Shown here in pieces: positions 38,766 to 47,292 of a stretch of 64,000 bases of DNA. The position numbers and the translations under genes are program-made. The DNA lies in contig CAZALK010000005.1 of assembly GCA_964486045.1 (NCBI GenBank), forward strand, positions 160,001 through 224,000, in the 5' to 3' direction. Below the pieces are notes generated by a model. That model did not search any database, was not told the DNA's origin, and saw nothing but the letters and a program-made list of their open reading frames with translations. Each line of letters begins with the position of its first letter. The first letter of the stretch is position 1. This DNA comes from an uncultured archaeon (GTDB taxonomy: Archaea; Asgardarchaeota; Lokiarchaeia; Sigyniarchaeales; SOKP01).

Positions 38766-39786
38766 AAACGAAATGAATAATATGATTAAAGAATATTTAA
38801 AGAATGTAAAAGATAAACTCCCCGAATGGCTAAAAGACAAAAAAGAACATGAAGAGATATTGGCTGAACTTGAAGACCATATTTGGAGTAAGGCAGAAGA
38901 ATTATCGCAAAACAGTCAACCCAGTTTAGATTCAGTTCAAATGGCAATTGAGCATATGGGAACACCAGAAAGCATTGGTAAAGAATACAAACGTCGTGGA
39001 ACCCCAAAAGTTTACATCACTGAGGAATTGTGGCCATATTACAAAAAAGCTATAGGTGGAGTGTTTTCATTAATATTCGTCATTGTTGTAATAATCCAGG
39101 TCGTAAATTTGATATTCGGAAACTTTGATTCATTTTGGGATGGAGTAATGGGTTTTCAGATTGGATTACTTATAGCTTTTGCAGTGTTAACCATTATTTT
39201 TGTGGCTCTAAGCCTTGAGGGCTATTTTCCGGAAGATTTCATGTCTGCAAAATCGTTAGATAAGATGAAAGACGAGAAAGGTATAACAGAAGAAAAGGAA
39301 CGACCTTCAAAACCTTTCATAAAGCCAGTAGGAGAAATTATAGGAGGATTGTTTGGTCTTATCATCGGAGTGCTATTCATTGTACAACCTTTTCCATTTT
39401 TAACGGCTATTATTGACGCAGAGTTTCTTTTATTCCTTCAATTTGCTGGTGCTTTTATGTTGGCAGAAGGAATTATAGATTTAATCCGAGGACTAATAGG
39501 AAATAGACAGCTAAGAATTCATCAAATGATTCATGGTATTCTTATTGTTGTAAAACTTTCTTCAATTTCTGTAGTAATTTTGATGATGAATCGACCAGAA
39601 ATATTTCCAATATTGATTACGAATACCCCAGGGGGTCCACTTATTAATATTGGAATTGTTCCCGGTTTCTATAATATTTTTAGAGCAATAGCAGGTCTTG
39701 TAATAGCTGCAGTCGCACTTAGCACAATTGAAGATTTCTATAGAATATACAAGGCAGAAAAATATCTAAACTTAGAAAATAATTAA
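38758..39786 (+). CDS. PadR-associated membrane protein (HAAS-type N-terminal domain)
   Basis: EYL..V...LP...EILAELEDH...MGTPE then TM helices; overlaps PadR stop. Confidence 0.75.
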   Translation: MNENEMNNMIKEYLKNVKDKLPEWLKDKKEHEEILAELEDHIWSKAEELSQNSQPSLDSVQMAIEHMGTPESIGKEYKRRGTPKVYITEELWPYYKKAIGGVFSLIFVIVVIIQVVNLIFGNFDSFWDGVMGFQIGLLIAFAVLTIIFVALSLEGYFPEDFMSAKSLDKMKDEKGITEEKERPSKPFIKPVGEIIGGLFGLIIGVLFIVQPFPFLTAIIDAEFLLFLQFAGAFMLAEGIIDLIRGLIGNRQLRIHQMIHGILIVVKLSSISVVILMMNRPEIFPILITNTPGGPLINIGIVPGFYNIFRAIAGLVIAAVALSTIEDFYRIYKAEKYLNLENN

Positions 39787-39917
39787 TTATTTTTTTTTTT
39801 ACTTTTTTTATTGTTAATGAGTGATTTGAAATTTGGGACTAGTGAGGGTTACTAACCTTTTTAAGCAAATTACATTTACCATTATTATGCTATTTTCAAA
39901 AAAAGAGGAGTTGATGT

Positions 39918-41372
39918 ATGGGGCTTAAAACACGGAACGATTATTTGATAAAAATTAGAAAGATGCGCCCAAATATTTATAAGTTTGGTGAATTGATTGA
40001 GGATCTTACCACACATCACGCTACAATGAGAGTAATTGAAAGTCATGCCATGAACTATGATGCCTCTCACGATCAAAAGCTTGAAAAGATATATACAACA
40101 AATTCAAGTTTAACAGGAGAAAAAATATATCGGTGGAATTCGTTAATTCAAAATTCTGAAGATCTTATCACTAATATGAAATTAAAACGTCAGAATTTTC
40201 GGCGGACTGGCTCATGTACAGGAGCTGTTTGTGTTGGGTGGAACGCACAGAATGTGATGTGGGCAATTACTCAAGAAATGGATAAAGAATACGGCTCAAA
40301 TTTCCAGGAAAGGTTAAAAAAGTGGATTATTCATGCTCAAAACGAAGGTTTGACAGTAGCAGGAGCTTTAACTGATGCGAAAGGTGATAGGAGCTTAAAA
40401 CCTTCAAAACAACCAAACTTGGATGCAAATCTAAGAATTGCAAAAGTTCTAGATAATGGAATAATAATTCGTGGAGCTAAATTAATGATAGCGGGTACAG
40501 CTGCTTCCCAAGAAATATTTCTTCTTCCTGGAGCGATTTACAAAGAGTCTGACAAAGATTACGCATTAGCTTGCGTTTTACCAAGAGATACAGAAGGCTT
40601 AACAATAATTGAAGCAACCCGTCCTAGTGATCAGCGGGATTTAGATGATAATTCAGGCTTTGAAGTACCTAACACTGGTCCAACTCAAGGTCTTTTATTT
40701 TTTGAAGATGTATTTGTACCTATTGATCGAGTTTTTATGTGTGGAGAATATAAATATACTTCTAAGCTCATTCAATATTTCACAGCCAATTATCGGGCCT
40801 GTATTGGAGCTTGTGTTTCTGGGCAAGGAGATGTAATGATTGGAGCTTCAGTTTTAATGGCTCGAGCCAATGGTTTATCTTCAAAGACCTTTATGAACAA
40901 ACTAGTTGATATGTCAATAAACAATCAAATTAATTACGGTTTAGGTGCAGGAGCCTGTGCTATGGGAACAAAACATGCTTCTGGTGCATTTTTTGCTGAT
41001 CCCTTAACTGCTCATACAAATAAGGTTATGGTCGCAAAATTACCTTATGAGACTAAAAGGCTTACACAAGAAATTGGTGGGGGAATTGTAGAAACGGGAT
41101 GTATGCCGTCTTATAAAGATTTTAATGGGGCAGAATATAGCGATATGGTCCGAAAATACTATAAAGCAGGTAATTGCTCTCCAGAAACTCGATATAAAAT
41201 TGCGAGACTATCGGAATGGCTTACCATTGGTGGCGGTGTACCTGGTTGTATGCATGGAGGAGGTTCTCCTGATGGGGCTAGATTAGTTGTTAGGTTCAAT
41301 ACGCCTTTTGATGAGTATGTGGATTATGCTAGAAAAATCATGAATATTGAAGAAGACGTTCCTGAACCTTAA
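39918..41372 (+). CDS. 4-hydroxybutyryl-CoA dehydratase / HpaB family flavoprotein
   Basis: GALTDAKGDRS, IRGAK, FEDVFVP.DRVFMCGE, MHGGGSP. Confidence 0.85.
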   Translation: MGLKTRNDYLIKIRKMRPNIYKFGELIEDLTTHHATMRVIESHAMNYDASHDQKLEKIYTTNSSLTGEKIYRWNSLIQNSEDLITNMKLKRQNFRRTGSCTGAVCVGWNAQNVMWAITQEMDKEYGSNFQERLKKWIIHAQNEGLTVAGALTDAKGDRSLKPSKQPNLDANLRIAKVLDNGIIIRGAKLMIAGTAASQEIFLLPGAIYKESDKDYALACVLPRDTEGLTIIEATRPSDQRDLDDNSGFEVPNTGPTQGLLFFEDVFVPIDRVFMCGEYKYTSKLIQYFTANYRACIGACVSGQGDVMIGASVLMARANGLSSKTFMNKLVDMSINNQINYGLGAGACAMGTKHASGAFFADPLTAHTNKVMVAKLPYETKRLTQEIGGGIVETGCMPSYKDFNGAEYSDMVRKYYKAGNCSPETRYKIARLSEWLTIGGGVPGCMHGGGSPDGARLVVRFNTPFDEYVDYARKIMNIEEDVPEP

Positions 41373-41498
41373 AAACCAAGTACCCCTTTAATGCCGATCA
41401 TTCAGTTAACAGAAATCCAGTTAATCATAAACTATATTGAGGTTTACTAATTAATAAAAGTATTTGAATGTCTAGTCAAAAAATTTTTACTACAATTT

Positions 41499-42917
41499 AT
41501 GGGAAATAAAATAGAATCTCTAAAGGAAAGTCTTCATCGAAGGTCATTTGGAGTTCATTTAACTTCGAGTGATATATTCTTGAAGTTTATCTTTCCTATA
41601 ATAAAAGAAAAATTATGGGACTATAGATGGATTGATCTATATGCCGGAGAAGGAAATTTGATCTTACCCATCCTGGATTCAATCCCCCCCGAAGATAGGG
41701 TGCGTTTTTTTAAAAACCACATTTACTTATCTGATATACAAGAGGAGATGCTGGAAAAATGTATTAAAAAAGCGGAGGTTTATGGTATTCCTAATGAAGT
41801 AGCTTCTAGTAATATAAATCTACGAGATAATCTTGGAAGTTTTCCTGATTTTTTAAGAAATAGCCAACATCCGGTATTCCATATAACAAATCCACCATAC
41901 CTCTACCTAGGATATATTAGAAAACATAATGAAACTCAAAAATATTTAAAACTTTTTGAAGGAAGGAATGAGGGATATCAAGATTTATATCAAATCGCAA
42001 TGATAAACGATTTAAAAAATGATGTTGACGACCTCATATATATTATCCCTTCGAATTTTTTGTTTGGTGCTTCTGTTTCTAATAAGTTCCGCAAAGATTT
42101 CTTAAAATTTTATAAAATTAATCAAATGATAATATTCGAGACGAAGATATTCGAGTTTACAGGAACAAACATCTGTATTGGTTTTTTTGAAAAGAAAAGA
42201 ATCCCTAAATCAGAGATTGCAAAATTTTATGGTGTTAAATTTAAAAAGCAAAATGAAGAAATAAAAAAAACATATATTCTTAAACCAAAATATAAATATC
42301 GTGCTGGTTCTGAATTCAACGAATTCCTTGAAGAAAGTCGAGTAAATACCCGATTGAATATTAACTATTATTTATTAAAGAAAGAATTAATGAATAATAA
42401 AGGAACTAATAAATTAAGTGTGATAGATGCTAATAACTATAAAAATAGTAGTTATAATAGATTAAACATTCGAGTAAATGATAATTTAAAGAGCAAAATA
42501 GAATCTAATATATTATATGTTCGAACAGTTGATACTGGTTCAATAGATGGCAGAGTTGGATTAGGAATAATTACAGAAGATTTTAATGTTAATGGTATAT
42601 ATGTATCTGGAAATACATACAGAACTCATCCTATCCAAATATTTTTTGAACCTGAAATATCGCATAATAAGCAAATATTGTTGAAAAATTATTTCAATTT
42701 ATTATTAGAATCGTTTAGGAAAAAGTTAGATAGTGAGTTTCTCACAACCTATAAATATTCTAAAGCGGAGTATACGAGAAAGTATCTTGGGTTAACTCAG
42801 GTCAGAAAACTAATACAAACTTTCCCGTATAAAAAGTTGAATCAAAATTTTATAGAAAAATTGATTAAATATATTGATAAAAAAGACTTAGAGAGATTAA
42901 AAGAATTATTTTCTTAA
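41499..42917 (+). CDS. Amino (N6A/N4C) DNA methyltransferase, orphan
   Basis: DLYAGEG motif I, TNPPY motif IV, YIIPSNFL. Confidence 0.8.
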   Translation: MGNKIESLKESLHRRSFGVHLTSSDIFLKFIFPIIKEKLWDYRWIDLYAGEGNLILPILDSIPPEDRVRFFKNHIYLSDIQEEMLEKCIKKAEVYGIPNEVASSNINLRDNLGSFPDFLRNSQHPVFHITNPPYLYLGYIRKHNETQKYLKLFEGRNEGYQDLYQIAMINDLKNDVDDLIYIIPSNFLFGASVSNKFRKDFLKFYKINQMIIFETKIFEFTGTNICIGFFEKKRIPKSEIAKFYGVKFKKQNEEIKKTYILKPKYKYRAGSEFNEFLEESRVNTRLNINYYLLKKELMNNKGTNKLSVIDANNYKNSSYNRLNIRVNDNLKSKIESNILYVRTVDTGSIDGRVGLGIITEDFNVNGIYVSGNTYRTHPIQIFFEPEISHNKQILLKNYFNLLLESFRKKLDSEFLTTYKYSKAEYTRKYLGLTQVRKLIQTFPYKKLNQNFIEKLIKYIDKKDLERLKELFS

Positions 42918-43789
42918 AAACTTAAACTTGCGAGTAAGAATGTAAGTAACCCAAGAAAAGCCCCGATTTTTAGAAGTAAACTCACTTTTTTAAAATCTTT
43001 ATTTACAAGATTACGTCCTAGCATTAATATTATCGCAAATATAACTACAGCTAAACCAAAAACCATTGAAATTAAAAAAAGTAATTGGTTTATCACAGTA
43101 AAATATGGTAAAATATAGAAAACCACGGCTACAACTGCAAATATCATAGATATCATTGTTGATTTTTTTATTCCAATCCGTATAGCCAGTGTTTTGACAC
43201 CCTCTTCTTTATCTCCTTCAACATCTTGGCATCCTTTAATAACTTCTCGAGAAAGAAGAAGGAAGAATGATGTTAAGAAGAAATAATATATATATGGAGG
43301 TATTCCTGAATTATTTAAAATAGCTCCGTAGATTAGTCCAATAGAAAATGATATCCCCACAATTATATTTCCGATAAATCCACTTTTTTTTCCCCAAGCA
43401 GCGTATAGCCACCCTATAAAAGCCATAAAAACAACTATAATAATATTTAGATATCCAATATTAAACAAAAGACTATGGAGGGTTGATAGAATAATCCCAA
43501 TTAAAATAGTCGTTATCCATAAAATCTTTGCTTGACTTAAAGTTATTGAACCTCGGGGAATTGGCCTTTCTGGACGATTAATTTTATCAATTTCTACATC
43601 ATAATAATCATTTATAACCATTGAAGAACCGGCAATAAAAAAATAGGTAAGAACACCAAAAATTATATTAAAAATAAATGTTAATAAATCAACCCCTATT
43701 CGAGTATTCAAAATTCCAATAATAACCGTTAAACCTCCCATTAAATCATTAATGGGACGTAGTATTTCAATAGCATCAGTAAATTTCAT
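42914..43789 (-). CDS. Digeranylgeranylglyceryl phosphate synthase (UbiA family)
   Basis: NDYYDVEIDKINRPERPIPRG, REVIKG.QDVEGD. Confidence 0.9.
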   Translation of the reverse strand: MKFTDAIEILRPINDLMGGLTVIIGILNTRIGVDLLTFIFNIIFGVLTYFFIAGSSMVINDYYDVEIDKINRPERPIPRGSITLSQAKILWITTILIGIILSTLHSLLFNIGYLNIIIVVFMAFIGWLYAAWGKKSGFIGNIIVGISFSIGLIYGAILNNSGIPPYIYYFFLTSFFLLLSREVIKGCQDVEGDKEEGVKTLAIRIGIKKSTMISMIFAVVAVVFYILPYFTVINQLLFLISMVFGLAVVIFAIILMLGRNLVNKDFKKVSLLLKIGAFLGLLTFLLASLSF

Positions 43790-43812
43790 AGTCAGTATCC
43801 ACGCAAAATATT

Positions 43813-44676
43813 TTACAATTCAGAAAAATTTTTCTTCTGGATTTTTCCAGCTTTTTTAATTTCTTCAATTATTAATGTCAAAGAAGTTCCATTATCTTTT
43901 AGAATATAATTTTCGAGAAAAGTACCCATAACTATAATATCTGCTCCTGCTTCTACAAAAGCTCTTGCATCCTCTTTATTTTCGACACCACCCCCAGCAA
44001 TTATTGGAATATTTAGGATTCGTGAACATGTTGCTATATGCTCCGTAGGAATCTTTTCACTACCTGATCCTGCTTCTAAATAGACCATTTTAAATCCATA
44101 CATTTCAGCAGCTAGAGCATATGCAGTTGTTAATTTAGGTTTGTTTCTCGGCAAGAGTTTCGCATTTCCTACCCACCCTGCGCTTGCTCCTGGTTCAATT
44201 ATTAAATACGCCATTGAAATATATTCTAAATTAATGCTTTTTATTGTAAAAGAGGCGAGAGCTTGTTGACCAACAATAAAGTAAGGATCTGAAGAATTCA
44301 ATAGTGACATAAACAAAATAGCATCGGCATGGTGAGAAATATTACTTGCTCCACCGGGAAAAATAATTACTGGCACATTTACTTTGCTTTTTACAGCTAA
44401 AACAGTTTTATCTACAAATCCTTGATTAAAGACAGTACTTCCGCCAATTAGTATCGCATCTGTACCTGCACCTTCAGCGAATTTAGCCATTTTTGCAGCT
44501 TTGTCTGGACTTTGTCTCATTGGATCTGGATCAATTAAAGAGAAATGTAAAGCACCTTCTCTATTTAATTTTTTAATGATATATTCATAGGTACTTTTTT
44601 CAATATACTCATCAATCACCATATCAACCATATTTTCCACCTTTAATTCAAATTCCTTTTTTTTTAGAATTGACAA
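43813..44676 (-). CDS. Geranylgeranylglyceryl phosphate synthase
   Basis: HFSLIDPD, IGGS, FMSLLNS, YLEAGSG, GGG. Confidence 0.92.
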   Translation of the reverse strand: MSILKKKEFELKVENMVDMVIDEYIEKSTYEYIIKKLNREGALHFSLIDPDPMRQSPDKAAKMAKFAEGAGTDAILIGGSTVFNQGFVDKTVLAVKSKVNVPVIIFPGGASNISHHADAILFMSLLNSSDPYFIVGQQALASFTIKSINLEYISMAYLIIEPGASAGWVGNAKLLPRNKPKLTTAYALAAEMYGFKMVYLEAGSGSEKIPTEHIATCSRILNIPIIAGGGVENKEDARAFVEAGADIIVMGTFLENYILKDNGTSLTLIIEEIKKAGKIQKKNFSEL

Positions 44677-46045
44677 TCATTTTTCTAATTTTATCATAAA
44701 TTCCTATAACTTTTTCCTTCCATTCGGGAAATGTATCTAATCTATCAGGAAAATTTCTATAGAGTTTGGAAATTTCGTTCATTTTTATTCTGAGAAAATT
44801 TAAATCTAATAGTAAATTTGGGCGGGAAATTCCTTTAATTGCCTTTACTGCCATATTAACTAATGATAAGTTTAATCCCCCTTTAGAAGACATTTCTATA
44901 ATTTCCTCTCCACTTAATAAATCACGCTCTAAGCCAAAATTTAAATCATCATTAGAAAGGGTTTGAAGGACAATTCTTAATAAGTCTAATGCAGCAAATT
45001 CTGCACCAAAACCAGTCATTACACGATGATTGTAACCCCACAACTCATTGATTGAATAATCACTCTTTTCAATAGCGTTTGTTGCTGAATTTGCGGCATA
45101 GAATCCTGCTCTCATTGAAGCATCAATCCCACCACCATGGAGTGGATTCACTTGACAAGCTGAATCCCCTATAAGTATAATTCCATTATCAGCACAAGAC
45201 CATAATGGCCTTCGAACAGGAACAACTCCCCCACCCGAAGACAATATTTTATATTTTGAAGTTTTAATATATTCTTGAAAAACATTTTTGGTGTATAGTT
45301 CTTTTACTTTTCCTTTAAACTTCATAAAAGCTCCTAACCCAATATTTACTGAAGATTCATTCTTTGGAAAGTACCAGATATACCCTCCTGGAGCTTTTTC
45401 TTGATCAAGTATAATTGAAATATACTCGGGATCTTGTACCTCAAGATCATTAGGGGAAAATTCCACAATCTCTCGATAGCATAAGATGCTATCTTCTCTT
45501 GAAAGATTTTTTTCGATTAATGAACTTTTTACTTGTTTTCGTAAAGGAGAATAAAATCCGCTTCCGTCAATTACTATTTTAGCTTTAAAATTCGTTTTTT
45601 CCCCATTTTCTAATTTAACTTTTAATCCTGCAACAGTCCCATTTTCATAAATTAAATCCAATGCCATAGTTTTATCTAAAAACTGTTTTATGCCCACATC
45701 AACAGCTTCGTTAAGTAATCGCTGGCCAAATTCTAATCTATTAACGATATAACCAGCTTGCTTAGGATCAATTAAAGTAAGGCATTTCTTAAGATTTGGG
45801 GAGTACAATTTTGCACCCTTAATATGACATGATAATTCTGTTTCTCTTGGAGGGTTAATCTTTAAAAGCCCGAAAATTTCATTTCCTACAGCATCACCGC
45901 AGATTTTATTACCAATTTGATCTCTTGGTTTACTGTCTATTAAACATACATCTAAACCTTTTTTTGCTGCGAATCTCGCAGCAGTGGCACCTCCAGTACC
46001 TGCTCCTACGACAATGATATCAAAGGACTGCTTAATGTTTTCCAT
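44648..46045 (-). CDS. Geranylgeranyl reductase family flavoprotein
   Basis: GAGTGG, KICGD, PGGYIWYFPK, GD..QVNPLHGGGI; within lipid cluster. Confidence 0.88.
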   Translation of the reverse strand: MENIKQSFDIIVVGAGTGGATAARFAAKKGLDVCLIDSKPRDQIGNKICGDAVGNEIFGLLKINPPRETELSCHIKGAKLYSPNLKKCLTLIDPKQAGYIVNRLEFGQRLLNEAVDVGIKQFLDKTMALDLIYENGTVAGLKVKLENGEKTNFKAKIVIDGSGFYSPLRKQVKSSLIEKNLSREDSILCYREIVEFSPNDLEVQDPEYISIILDQEKAPGGYIWYFPKNESSVNIGLGAFMKFKGKVKELYTKNVFQEYIKTSKYKILSSGGGVVPVRRPLWSCADNGIILIGDSACQVNPLHGGGIDASMRAGFYAANSATNAIEKSDYSINELWGYNHRVMTGFGAEFAALDLLRIVLQTLSNDDLNFGLERDLLSGEEIIEMSSKGGLNLSLVNMAVKAIKGISRPNLLLDLNFLRIKMNEISKLYRNFPDRLDTFPEWKEKVIGIYDKIRKMIVNSKKKGI

Positions 46046-46113
46046 GATAACTGATTATAATTGTGTATTAAATTTGTTGGTGTTTTTTTTTGGGTTTAAT
46101 AAATTAAAATTGA

Positions 46114-46905
46114 TTACATTAATGCTAGAAGATATATTATAAAAGTACTACCAATCGGAACAGTTAAATCATCATATGTACTTGGGGAAATTAATTCAAT
46201 TATGGTTGCACTTCCACTAGTAATTAATGAATAGATTAAAATCGTTACAAATGATAATGTTTCTTGGACAGGAATTAGGAACCCAAACAGAAAAAATAAG
46301 AGAAAACATATTAGACTCGCCGTTATGAAAAATGTCAAAGAACCCTCTAATGTTCTTCTTGAATTCGTCCAAGGTAAACTTATATTAATTTTTCCCCAAC
46401 TTTTGCCTATTATTGAAGCTAAAGTATCTGAAACAATCATTATTAAAATCCCCGCGATTGGAAAATAAAAATTTTCAGGGGCGACAAGCCCAAAAATAAA
46501 AACTAGTAATGTAATTGAAAGACAGTAAAAAAAGGGACCTTGAAGAAAGGCTCGCTTTAATCCTTCTTCTTGTTCTTCTGATATTGCATTATATAAATCT
46601 TTTAGTGGCTTAACCTTAGATTCTTTAGAACTAAAGTATACGAAAAGAGTAAGAGTACTCGCGATAATGCTTGGCCACAATGGCCAGAAATAAAAGGGGG
46701 AACTTAGAATTGATAGTCCAGCAGATAAATGTATAGCTTTTCGTGCTGTAAATTTAGAAATTTTTTCTTTCTTATATAAAATTAAAGGAATAAAAATGGT
46801 CAAAATGACATAAAAGTATGTAATTCCAACAATTCCGAGGTCAGAGATAATCTTATTCATATTATTAAACCAAAGAATTATTCGTGCCTTAAAGACTTTT
46901 TTCAC
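46114..46905 (-). CDS. Dolichol/phytol kinase-like (SEC59/CTP-dependent) membrane protein
   Basis: RKAIH, SDTLASIIG..WG, RTLEGS, DDLTVP. Confidence 0.8.
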   Translation of the reverse strand: MKKVFKARIILWFNNMNKIISDLGIVGITYFYVILTIFIPLILYKKEKISKFTARKAIHLSAGLSILSSPFYFWPLWPSIIASTLTLFVYFSSKESKVKPLKDLYNAISEEQEEGLKRAFLQGPFFYCLSITLLVFIFGLVAPENFYFPIAGILIMIVSDTLASIIGKSWGKINISLPWTNSRRTLEGSLTFFITASLICFLLFFLFGFLIPVQETLSFVTILIYSLITSGSATIIELISPSTYDDLTVPIGSTFIIYLLALM

Positions 46906-46956
46906 ATTCCTTTACTTGATTATAACGAATAATATGATCAAGAGTATGAATATTCA

Positions 46957-47184
46957 TTATAGGGATAAAGAAGGAACTTCATTATTCTTCCATTTCCTAA
47001 CAACGGGATCTTTCCACCAATGTTTGGGAAGGTTTTCATAAACACCATATTTTTCTAACCCACTATTAAACGCGTTAATATTTGATTCAGGGGCTTGAAT
47101 GTGATCTGTTTGAGGGTAAAAGTAAGCACCGAACCCACCTCCACGAGTTCCTAGATTGCGAACCATATGCCAGACTTCTCGTTC
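46957..47184 (-). pseudogene. C-terminal remnant of a UroD/MtaA-like TIM-barrel protein
   Basis: EREVWHMVRNLGTRGGGF...APESNINAF; no upstream body. Confidence 0.45.
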
Positions 47185-47292
47185 ACATTTGATATAATCG
47201 ACTATAATTAATTTAATACATTAAATAAAAAACATTATTATTGAATATCAAATTTCAACTCAAAAGAAGTAAATTAATTATAGATTCTATAT

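Noticed and set aside
47187-47214. dif-like site ATTTGATATAA-TCGACT-ATAATTAATTT next to a gene remnant
   Set aside because: Only the left arm resembles archaeal dif as I recall it; the right arm is poor and the background is AT-rich
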